Below, piece after piece: positions 31,106 to 39,291 of a DNA stretch of 64,000 bases. The DNA is from a bacterium. Its GTDB lineage: Bacteria; Hydrothermota; DG-26; JAUXAN01. Positions within the stretch are counted from its first letter, which is position 1, and the number at the start of each line of letters is the position of its first letter. The position numbers and the translations under genes were made by a program. The notes beneath the pieces were generated by a model that was not told the origin of the DNA, did not search any database, and saw only the letters and a list, made by a program, of their open reading frames with translations. Location: contig JAUXAN010000003.1 in the NCBI GenBank assembly GCA_030619885.1, positions 21,958 through 85,957 of the forward strand. Reading direction: 5' to 3'.

Positions 31106-31766
31106 CTTCGTCTCCCTTTATCTCTCCGTGTTCCATACTTATAACTCTAAAGGGTAAACTTTTAACAATGTCAAGATTATGTGTTGCCATCAAAATGGTA
31201 GTTCCTTTCGCATTTATATCTTTGAGTAAATCGATTATCTCCTCCGATCCCTCAGGGTCAACATTCCCTGTTGGTTCATCGGCAAGCAGGATAAAAGGTT
31301 CCTTCACCAACGCCCTTCCAATGGCAACCTTCTGCTGTTCACCACCTGAAATCTGGTATGGATATTGACTCCTTCTGTGCTGAAGTCTTAAATCAGTCAA
31401 AACTTCCAGAACTTTTCTTTTTATATATTTTTTTGCCGCTCCTGTAACCTCAAGTGAGAAGGCTATATTATCGAAGACATTTCTATCAGAGAGTAGTTTA
31501 AAATCCTGAAAGATAACACCAACCTTCCTCCGTAGATGAGGTATATCTTTTCCCTTAATCGTCTTTGACGAATAGTTTAGAACTGTAATTTCTCCTGTTG
31601 TCGGTCTTTCGTCCATATATATGATTTTCAACAGAGTACTCTTTCCTGCTCCTGTAGGACCGAGGAGGAAAGCGAATTCACCCTTATCAATTTCCAAGTT
31701 GATATCATTCAATGCCCTCCAGTCTTTTTTGTAGACTTTGGATATATCTTTGAATTCAATTATCAT
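31077..31766 (-). CDS. ftsE: Cell division ATP-binding protein FtsE
   Basis: GPTGAGKST, FQDFKLL, SGGEQQ, LADEPTGN. Confidence 0.94.
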   Translation of the reverse strand: MIIEFKDISKVYKKDWRALNDINLEIDKGEFAFLLGPTGAGKSTLLKIIYMDERPTTGEITVLNYSSKTIKGKDIPHLRRKVGVIFQDFKLLSDRNVFDNIAFSLEVTGAAKKYIKRKVLEVLTDLRLQHRRSQYPYQISGGEQQKVAIGRALVKEPFILLADEPTGNVDPEGSEEIIDLLKDINAKGTTILMATHNLDIVKSLPFRVISMEHGEIKGDEDGLRRKRSL

Positions 31767-31817
31767 TTTTACAGTAGTTCCAGTCTAATACACGGTACTG
31801 GATTACCTCTCTCCCTC

Positions 31818-31873
31818 AAAGAACGAGATAAAATCCGTAGCATTTAATATAATATAAATAGGAACTTTGTCAA
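31818..31873 (-). promoter_or_regulatory. 56-bp promoter segment, identical copy at 32755-32810
   Basis: Minus strand TTGACA-16-TATATT; exact direct repeat. Confidence 0.8.
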
Positions 31874-31973
31874 GTATTTAGTGTAGACGGTTTAATACAT
31901 GTTAACCAGGGGACTCTATTTTCGTAGGAAATAGAGTGTTTTCGCATCGTTATGGGAGGACATTTTTCCTTGA

Positions 31974-32090
31974 ATAATGAAAGTATAAACGCTATTTGAA
32001 AAAGATTTTTGACAAATTTCTGGTTTTATGGCATACTCAATTTGATTATTCGTGTATTTCGTGTGATTCGTGGGTTCTTTTTTCTTGACA
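31974..32090 (+). repeat. 117-bp dispersed repeat, second copy at 59997-60113
   Basis: About 9 mismatches by eye; contains two TTGACA boxes and TTCGTG repeats. Confidence 0.9.
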
Positions 32091-32127
32091 CAGAGTCTTT
32101 GATATGTGTCAGGCGAAGGTTTGAATT

Positions 32128-32745
32128 TCATTCAATTTTAATTCCTATTTTTTTTAAATCATGAATCATTTTATCATGCGAACTTACCGTAAGGCTTTTT
32201 ATCCCCATTTCAGATGCGCTCTTGACACAATCATAATTGTCATCTAAATACACAATCCTTTTGGATCCAATATTCAAGTATTTTAACACAATTTCATATA
32301 CCTTGTGTTCAGGTTTCCTGACCTTTATTTCGTGTGAGCAAAATATCTTTTCAAAAAAATTCAAGGCCTCTGCATATTTTATTTTCCAAACTTTTGAATG
32401 TATAACATTTGTGTTCGTTAAGGCAACCAATTTATAATTGATTCTTAATGCTCTTAGTGTATTTAGAATGCCCGGAACCATTTCTTCATAAATCGAATTC
32501 CATCCCTTTTCAAACTGCTCCTCTGTCAACTCGAATCCTAACTTATTAGAAACATGTTTCATAAATTGATTGGGAGTGATTTCATTTTTTTCGAATTGTT
32601 TAAAAGCCCCATTGAACTCAAATCGTTGACTAACCTCGTTTGGTTCCAGATTTAAAATTTTTGCCCAATAATTAAAAGTATTTTCAAAGGAGAATTTGAA
32701 TATTACGTTACCTAAGTCGAAAATTATCGCTTGATAATTATTCAT
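32128..32745 (-). CDS. HAD-family phosphatase (YihX-like; start moved to MNNYQ)
   Basis: IIFDLGNV, LTNTN, RKPE, YLDD. Confidence 0.88.
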   Translation of the reverse strand: MNNYQAIIFDLGNVIFKFSFENTFNYWAKILNLEPNEVSQRFEFNGAFKQFEKNEITPNQFMKHVSNKLGFELTEEQFEKGWNSIYEEMVPGILNTLRALRINYKLVALTNTNVIHSKVWKIKYAEALNFFEKIFCSHEIKVRKPEHKVYEIVLKYLNIGSKRIVYLDDNYDCVKSASEMGIKSLTVSSHDKMIHDLKKIGIKIE

Positions 32746-32754
32746 TTTTAAGAT

Positions 32755-32810
32755 AAAGAACGAGATAAAATCCGTAGCATTTAATATAATATAAATAGGA
32801 ACTTTGTCAA
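32755..32810 (-). promoter_or_regulatory. 56-bp promoter segment, identical to 31818-31873
   Basis: Exact direct repeat, lying upstream of the HAD gene. Confidence 0.8.
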
Positions 32811-33007
32811 CCATTTAATATTTTATTGGATACATGGTGTCAAGTTTTGACTTGACATTTATTCTAAGACAGTTTTCCTATTATGTCAAGAACCGTCTCC
32901 GAACTTATCAAGTTCCAAGACCAACATACGACCTTATACCGGAATTTGTAACAACATTTCTTTTTGCGTTATTTTCATCAAACCATCTTATTCCAGGTAC
33001 ATTTGCT

Positions 33008-34012
33008 CTACAGTAGATTGGAGAAAAAGAAAGAAAGGTTATCCTTTACCAATCTCCCAAAGGATTTATCGCTATAAGCCCTAATTGCCACGTAGCACTC
33101 TCCGCATTTATTGCGCTTTGAGAATCCCTCCAACATTTCCGCTTGTGTTGAATATACCCGATGATGGGAGCGCATTGAACATGGGATTAAATAGCCGTTT
33201 GGCCTGACAACTAGAGATCTTCTTCCAGCATTACAATTAAGAATATAGCCATCCCTAAAGAATTCATATGTCCTCATCAAAGTGTATGTTGAATTGAGAA
33301 TTCTTCTCTTTTCCTTTTTCATTTGTATAAGCTCATGAATTTTTTGCTGTAACATTTCCAGGTCTTCTTTGGAGTAGATAAAAAAACTTTTATCTCCCGT
33401 ACGTAAAACGCCATAGGCGCTATAGGATACGGATACACCCCATTCCTCGGCTTTATTAACCAAATCTACCAGGTATAGCAAGTTTCTTCGGGTTATTGCA
33501 GAATTCAACACAATGTCGTTATAACCAAACTCGGCTACAAGACGCGGGATGGTTTCCTCCAAATGAGCATATAGACCAGGATGTCTGCGAAACTCGTCGT
33601 GCTTCTCATTAGGGAAATCTAGCGATACAGAAAAGCGGTCAACGCCAGCTTCCTTCAATTGTGCATAATTCTCTTTATTCAAAAGGGAACCATTGGTAAC
33701 CAGAATCACATATGGAAGCCCGTTAGGATACTTTTTAGTCGCTTTAACTATATCTACCAAGTCTGTTCTGAGAAGTGGCTCACCACCTGACACTTGCACC
33801 ACAGAAGGGCGTAATGATAACACCAGAGCTGTATAGCCTGCTGGTTCGAGGAGATCATTTTCTTCAATTTTCCCTCCTCTATTACAGTGCAGACAATTAC
33901 AAGTACAGGAATATGTAACTTCAAATGAAATAACCAATGGTTTATTGGCTATATAATTACGCAAGCCTCGTTGTGCAATGCGCACAGATTGAGCCAACGA
34001 CATACCTTTCAT
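33008..34012 (-). CDS. Radical SAM protein with SPASM/Twitch-like C-terminus
   Basis: CTCNCLHC, SGGEPLLR, TNG, SVSLD, CNAG...PCS...CGEC. Confidence 0.88.
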   Translation of the reverse strand: MKGMSLAQSVRIAQRGLRNYIANKPLVISFEVTYSCTCNCLHCNRGGKIEENDLLEPAGYTALVLSLRPSVVQVSGGEPLLRTDLVDIVKATKKYPNGLPYVILVTNGSLLNKENYAQLKEAGVDRFSVSLDFPNEKHDEFRRHPGLYAHLEETIPRLVAEFGYNDIVLNSAITRRNLLYLVDLVNKAEEWGVSVSYSAYGVLRTGDKSFFIYSKEDLEMLQQKIHELIQMKKEKRRILNSTYTLMRTYEFFRDGYILNCNAGRRSLVVRPNGYLIPCSMRSHHRVYSTQAEMLEGFSKRNKCGECYVAIRAYSDKSFGRLVKDNLSFFFSNLL

Positions 34013-34106
34013 TCGTATTCCTCTTTATCTACTTTTGACAGATTTAAGATTTTATAAACTTGGTCAGTTCTCATAGCATATCATAATACTAATAATAAAC
34101 ATGTCT

Positions 34107-34760
34107 TTATAATTTTTTGTTTTTAGTCTCTTGGCGAAACCAAGAAATAACTATTAAAGTAAACAGGAAAACGAACAATAGAGCAATAATTTTATTTGGT
34201 AGTACAACAATATGACCAAAGTACGCCAACGTATAAAAGCGAGGAGTTCTGCCAAGGATAATAGCTAGTAGATATTTTTTCACTGAGTACCTGCTCACAG
34301 CGGCAATTATTCTGAATGGATAAAACGGTACAGGAGTAATTGCAGCGATGACTAAACTAACAAAAGGCACCAATAAAAAGTAGTGTATCGCTTTCTGAAA
34401 AGTTTTACGCTTCTTTAAATCATCCAATCGTGGAATCTTAAAAAATATTGTTACTAACATGTAGTTTAAGTACTCAGTAAGAACAGTCCCTATCAACGTT
34501 ACCCATGTTACTGTAAATGGATGATATAACTTGCCAAAATAAATAACCATTGGTTCTTGGGGTACAATAGCGATGAGAAACTCGGCTGGTATAGTATATA
34601 AAAACAGAACCCAGAGTTCATTATACTGAGGGTAAAAATATAGGGTTATCCAGAGTGTAACTCCCAAAATTGCAGTAACTGAAATTATAACTAACCAAAG
34701 GGTTCGGCTCCACCGTACTCTTTTTCTCATACCATTGACCACATACTCAAGATATTTCAT
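34107..34760 (-). CDS. DedA/VTT (YqaA-like) membrane protein
   Basis: TM helices, AAITPVPF, GRTPRF motif. Confidence 0.75.
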   Translation of the reverse strand: MKYLEYVVNGMRKRVRWSRTLWLVIISVTAILGVTLWITLYFYPQYNELWVLFLYTIPAEFLIAIVPQEPMVIYFGKLYHPFTVTWVTLIGTVLTEYLNYMLVTIFFKIPRLDDLKKRKTFQKAIHYFLLVPFVSLVIAAITPVPFYPFRIIAAVSRYSVKKYLLAIILGRTPRFYTLAYFGHIVVLPNKIIALLFVFLFTLIVISWFRQETKNKKL

Positions 34761-34837
34761 TGCTTTTTACAAAAATTAAATACATGGTGTCAAATCTTGA
34801 CTACAGCAAAAAGTCTGCATCGTAATCCTGTGGAAAA

Positions 34838-34864
34838 CTTGTCCATAGGATTCGTATGGACAGG
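34838..34864. repeat. REP-like palindrome, TGTCCATACGGATCCGTATGGACA family
   Basis: cttgtccataggattcgtatggacagg; related copies at ~512, 13852, 23710, 35152, 46990, 47049-47089, 48727. Confidence 0.75.
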
Positions 34865-35043
34865 CTCTCTTTTGATAGCGAGTAGATTTTCAAAAAATAT
34901 CATTTTACCATTGTGTAGAATAAATATAATCTATTTTTAAAACTTGTCAAGTTTTTTTTCTTTACACCGAGCCTTTAGGGTGAAGAATTTGGGGACGCTG
35001 CTTGACTCTGTGACTCTATGATACTTGGGTGTAAGATAAAGAT

Positions 35044-35172
35044 ATGAGGATAGCAAGGGTAACTTATAAGGGTGCATATCACCGTGTGATGAACAGGGGA
35101 ATAGAAGGAAAGAATATATTTGCGGATGACAGAGAAAAAACTTCTTTGGGTATCCGTATGGACAAGATTTAA
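35044..35172 (+). pseudogene. Truncated RAYT/IS200-like Y1 transposase N-terminus
   Basis: MRIARVTYKGAYHRVMNRGIEGKNIFADDREK resembles the RAYT start (GAxYHVxNRGxxxxxIFxDD); breaks off at a TCCGTATGGAC repeat. Confidence 0.7.
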
Positions 35173-35224
35173 AAAGCAGGGGCTAAAGACCCTGTTCTAC
35201 CTTCTGAGAATTTTTTATAACCTG

Positions 35225-35250
35225 CCCCGCACTTATGCATAAGTGCGGGG
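35225..35250. repeat. Perfect 26-bp palindrome
   Basis: CCCCGCACTTATGCATAAGTGCGGGG. Confidence 0.85.
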
Positions 35251-35277
35251 TGAATGTGTTTCGTGGTTGCTTTTATC

Positions 35278-35306
35278 TTGACAATGGAATGAAAAAATAA
35301 TATAAT
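35278..35306 (+). promoter_or_regulatory. Consensus sigma70 promoter of tRNA-Ser
   Basis: TTGACA-17-TATAAT. Confidence 0.88.
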
Positions 35307-35317
35307 CTCTACAATAG

Positions 35318-35402
35318 GGAGGGCTAGTCCTAACCGGTAAGGCAGCGGATTTGAAATCCGCCGGGTTTTATACCCATGGGGGTTCGAATCCCTCGCCCTC
35401 CG
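35318..35402 (+). tRNA. tRNA-Ser(TGA), CCA not encoded
   Basis: GGAGGGC/GCCCTCC acceptor stem, GCGGA-TTTGAAA-TCCGC anticodon arm, long variable arm, GTTCGAATC. Confidence 0.95.
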
Positions 35403-35626
35403 TTCAAAAAACATTTTAATAGGACGCAGATTTCCGCTGATAATCGCGGATTTTTTTATTACTTTCTCAAATTATTAAATGTCTTATGCTTCTGCTTTAG
35501 GATAAGTTCAGTAGCAAACCGACTTCTTCTAAAAATCCATATCCAAAGGTATTATAAACATTGTAGAGGGTTTTAATAATCTTTTCAGTTAGATTTGTAT
35601 ATTTAAGATCCTAAGAATCTGCGTTC

Positions 35627-35706
35627 ACCCCGTTAGAAAGAACGGGGAGAGGAGTTTCTTCTAATGAATTATTTCCATTTATCTTAAATGAACTTTCTGA
35701 CGAGGT
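35627..35706. repeat. MITE/REPIN-like element with ACCCCGTTAGAAAG terminal inverted repeats
   Basis: accccgttagaaag ... ctttctgacgaggt (2 mismatches); GTTCA at both ends. Confidence 0.6.
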
Positions 35707-35753
35707 TCATCTGGGTCCCTATTTTTAGAATGACTTACATATTACATAAATCC

Positions 35754-37208
35754 CTATTTAGAATGGATCGTTCTTAACGCTTCAAGTACCTTTGGGTCGT
35801 ATGCTTTACCGCTTTCGAGTTCCAATTTTTTTTCTGCTTCCTCAGGGGAGAATTTATCCTTGTAGATATACTCATCGTATGCATTGGCAACTGCAATGAT
35901 TCTCGAACCGATGGGTATCTTTTCCCCCTTCAACTTACTGCGGCAACTCCCGTCCCATCGCTCATTTATATACCTGATAATTGGTTTCGACGTCCCAAGA
36001 AATCTTATTGGCGATATGATCTTCTCAGATATGGATAGATACTCTCCTTGTGGCGTAACAATTTTGCCTATGTCGTGAAACATCGCTGCATATTTGATTG
36101 CAGAGATTTCACCTTCGGGCACACTCAGTGCATATGCGAGTTCCCATCCAAGATTCGCTACCCTTTCTGAATGCTCTTTCATCTCTTTGTCAAGCGCTTC
36201 CTCAATCGACATCAGAGAAAGGGATGCTTCAAAATAACTCTTCTGCAGGGAATTGAACAGCAGAGAGTTCTGTAAAGCGATACTTGTAGCCTGCGAGATG
36301 GTTGATAAAAATTCAAGGTCACTCTCGTCAAAATTCTCCCCATCCGTCCTGTCTGCTACACAGATTATTCCATAAGTTTCATCCTTTTCCTTCAATGGAG
36401 AACAGGCAAATATCTTTTCAGGCTCGCCAAATTTCACAAGCATTGCTTCTCCCAGAGGAATAACCGGGGCAAATTCGCTTTGAGACAGCGAGAGTCTGGA
36501 ACCTCTGGGAAGCAATTTATCAATTCCTATACTCGATTTTACGAACAATTGATTACTTCTTACTTCAGAGAGCATTAGAACACCCCCAGTGGTCTCCATA
36601 GCTTCAACCGTCATCTTTACAGAGGACTCGAGGAGTTTTGTCAAGTCTCTCTCTAAAAGTAATTGTCCCATCAAATGGTTCAGTTTTGTCAATGCGTTTT
36701 TTTTCTTCTCCAATTTTTTATCTACCCTTGCCTTCTCGTCTGCAAGCTCGGCATGTGCCTGCTCAAATTCATAATTCGTCTCCTGTAATTTTTGGGATAA
36801 ATCTGTAAGTTCTTCGAGTAACGCTTTCTTTTCTTTCAGCGCATTTCTTTTGTCCAATGCATTTCTCACCAACGATTTTATCTGTGACTCCTCGAATGGT
36901 TTTAAAATGTAGTCGTATGCCCCCAGCCTCAAAGCCTCGGTCGAAGTCTCTAAGGATGCATATCCTGTTATCATTATCACCTGAATATCTGAACCTACTT
37001 CCTTTATCGCTTTCAAAATCTCCATTCCTGACGGATCGGGAAGCATTATGTCTAAAAGGACTACATCGAGAGATTTCTCAATAGACTCCAACCCATCTGA
37101 AGCGGTCGATGCTGTTGTTACCTCGTAATCTTCTGCAAACAACTTTGTAAGCAATTTCAGAACAGTATCTTCGTCATCCACAATTAACAGTCTTGGTTTA
37201 TCTGCCAT
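35754..37208 (-). CDS. Response regulator REC-coiled coil-GAF-HD-GYP (degenerate)
   Basis: LIVDDE, LLDIMLP, GAF region, HSERV, HDIGK. Confidence 0.85.
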   Translation of the reverse strand: MADKPRLLIVDDEDTVLKLLTKLFAEDYEVTTASTASDGLESIEKSLDVVLLDIMLPDPSGMEILKAIKEVGSDIQVIMITGYASLETSTEALRLGAYDYILKPFEESQIKSLVRNALDKRNALKEKKALLEELTDLSQKLQETNYEFEQAHAELADEKARVDKKLEKKKNALTKLNHLMGQLLLERDLTKLLESSVKMTVEAMETTGGVLMLSEVRSNQLFVKSSIGIDKLLPRGSRLSLSQSEFAPVIPLGEAMLVKFGEPEKIFACSPLKEKDETYGIICVADRTDGENFDESDLEFLSTISQATSIALQNSLLFNSLQKSYFEASLSLMSIEEALDKEMKEHSERVANLGWELAYALSVPEGEISAIKYAAMFHDIGKIVTPQGEYLSISEKIISPIRFLGTSKPIIRYINERWDGSCRSKLKGEKIPIGSRIIAVANAYDEYIYKDKFSPEEAEKKLELESGKAYDPKVLEALRTIHSK

Positions 37209-37210
37209 AG

Positions 37211-38290
37211 TTATTTTGGTAAAACTATTGTGAATTTTGTTCCTTTTCCTTCTTTACTCTCTACACCGATCGTTCCTTTATGGTCACAGATTATACGATA
37301 TATTATTGATAGACCTAACCCCGTGCCTCCTTTCTTGGTGCTGAAGAAAGGGTCGAATACCTTTTTCAGTTTCCCGGGTGGGATACCAGTGCCTGTATCT
37401 TCAACCTCAGCAACCAGATTTTTAGAAAGTGATTGAAGATTTATCGATAGGATTCCTCCATCTGGCATCGCGTCTTTTGCGTTTAAAAACAGATTCAAAA
37501 AGACTTCTCCAATCTGATCATCATCGAGGGAGATTTTACCGAGTTTTTCGGGATAGTTTTTTTTGACCTTAATCTTTAAGGATTCAAAATCTTTTTTTAA
37601 TAAAGTGATATTACGCTCTATAATTTCTCTAATATCACAGGGTGATAACACAGGTTTTGGTCTTTTTGAGTAGGAAGTCATATCAATAACGAACCTGTTC
37701 AGCCTTTTGAGTTCCCCTTCCACTATATTCAGTATTTCACTGGCATCCTTGTTTCCTCCGATACTCTTTTTAAGGGAATCTATACCCAATTTCATTCCAC
37801 TAAGAGGATTTCTGATCTCGTGTGCTAAAGAAGCCGCCATTTCACCGAGCGATGCCAACCTCTCTGACCTCTTCATTCGCTCCTCAAGTTCCTTCGAATC
37901 TGTCAAGTCTCTTACTATCCCAATTGCACCTTTCACATTGCCCTTCTTATCTTTAAGTAATGAAGTGGACATTCCGAGAATCATCGTTTTCCCATCTTTT
38001 TTCTCAATATTCAATTCCAATCTATTATACTCTCTTTTATTCTTGAGTGTCTTTTTAAATATTGACTCTTCACCATAAGATGCAGGGAAGAAGATATCCA
38101 CATCTCCGTTTATCAATTCCTCTCGAGGATAGTCGAGGAGTTCTGCGAAAGATTCGTTTACCCTGATTATTTTACCATCACTGTCAACTATAACGATCCC
38201 ACTCGTTATACTTTCAAAGATGGATTTACTGAACTCTTCCAATGATTTTATTTCCGGGGGGGGATTTTTTAATTTAAATCTCATCTTCAC
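37211..38290 (-). CDS. PAS sensor histidine kinase (NtrB-like)
   Basis: PAS domain, LAHEIRNPL, NLFLNAKDA, DTGTGI, GTGLGL. Confidence 0.92.
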   Translation of the reverse strand: MKMRFKLKNPPPEIKSLEEFSKSIFESITSGIVIVDSDGKIIRVNESFAELLDYPREELINGDVDIFFPASYGEESIFKKTLKNKREYNRLELNIEKKDGKTMILGMSTSLLKDKKGNVKGAIGIVRDLTDSKELEERMKRSERLASLGEMAASLAHEIRNPLSGMKLGIDSLKKSIGGNKDASEILNIVEGELKRLNRFVIDMTSYSKRPKPVLSPCDIREIIERNITLLKKDFESLKIKVKKNYPEKLGKISLDDDQIGEVFLNLFLNAKDAMPDGGILSINLQSLSKNLVAEVEDTGTGIPPGKLKKVFDPFFSTKKGGTGLGLSIIYRIICDHKGTIGVESKEGKGTKFTIVLPK

Positions 38291-38344
38291 TCAAAGTCGA
38301 TGAAATCACCTTAGAGACTTGATGAAGTATATCTATCTTGTTTC

Positions 38345-38608
38345 TCATTTGCCTACCAGTTTCTCAAGGTGTTCTTTTGCAGAGGTGAAATTTTCATCTA
38401 AACTCAGTGCTTTTCTAAAAGATTCTTTGGCAAGATCCAGTATGTTCATACTTTCGTAAACAATTCCTAAATTATAGTGAAGATGTGGGTCATTGGGGTT
38501 GAGTTTTATCGCCTCTTTATATTTTTTCACAGATTCCTCAAATTTTTTATTCAAAAAATAGAATTTTGCCAGCTCAGCAAGTTCTTCCGGTTTCTCTTTT
38601 TGACTCAT
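38345..38608 (-). CDS. TPR protein
   Basis: YKEAIKLNP..HYNLG..FRKALSLD. Confidence 0.8.
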   Translation of the reverse strand: MSQKEKPEELAELAKFYFLNKKFEESVKKYKEAIKLNPNDPHLHYNLGIVYESMNILDLAKESFRKALSLDENFTSAKEHLEKLVGK

Positions 38609-39291
38609 AATTTTTTAATCTTCTCCAATGATGCATATTCACCAAGGAGATAGAGTCTATCTCCACTCTGTATATCGTCTCCAGCAACGGGTGCGATCTT
38701 TGTCTCTTCGGAAAACTCTGTGTCGCCATCCTCTTTTACTATAGGAATCTTTCGCTTTATAGCAATACAACTGACTCCATATTTTGACCTGAGTTTAATT
38801 TCTTTGAGGGTCTTACCTTCAAAGGACTTTGGTGCGACTATCTCCATCATAGAGTGAGTTGACGACAGTTCTATGAAATCGAAAATCTTTGGTGTTATCA
38901 AACTTTCTGCTACTCTTATTCCCATATCCCTTTCAGGGAAAACGACTCTATCGCAACCTATTTTTACAAGAATTTTTGCATGCAGTTCATCAATCGCCTC
39001 AGTAACGACTTCTTTCACGCCCAATTCTTTCAATATGACGGTGATCAGTATGCTCGCTTCTATATTTTTCCCCACGCTTACTATTGCACAATCAGAATCC
39101 TGCGCACCAATCTCTTTTAATGCCTTCTCATCCGTAGCATCCAGTGTTGCAACCTGGGTAGCGATACTTTCGAAGTTTTGAACCTTCTTGCTGTCTTTAT
39201 CTATTGCGAGCACTTCAAGACCTTTCTTAGATAAAGCTTCTGCTATCGATGAACCAAATCTTCCCATACCGACTACCAAAAATTGTCTCAT
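38605..39291 (-). CDS. ktrA: Ktr/Trk potassium uptake NAD-binding subunit
   Basis: GMGRFG, DATD, VFPERDMG. Confidence 0.9.
   Translation of the reverse strand: MRQFLVVGMGRFGSSIAEALSKKGLEVLAIDKDSKKVQNFESIATQVATLDATDEKALKEIGAQDSDCAIVSVGKNIEASILITVILKELGVKEVVTEAIDELHAKILVKIGCDRVVFPERDMGIRVAESLITPKIFDFIELSSTHSMMEIVAPKSFEGKTLKEIKLRSKYGVSCIAIKRKIPIVKEDGDTEFSEETKIAPVAGDDIQSGDRLYLLGEYASLEKIKKL

Noticed and set aside
31767-31817. Hairpin (TCCAGT...ACTGGA) in the ftsE leader as a riboswitch
   Set aside because: Only a 6-bp stem, and no recognisable aptamer consensus.
31874-35402. tRNA-Ser-anchored integrative island
   Set aside because: The accessory genes lie 5' of the tRNA, there is no integrase, and no duplicated tRNA 3' end was seen.
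35169-35576. ORFs 35169-35414(-) and 35376-35576(+)
   Set aside because: They overlap tRNA-Ser, its promoter and repeats; spurious.
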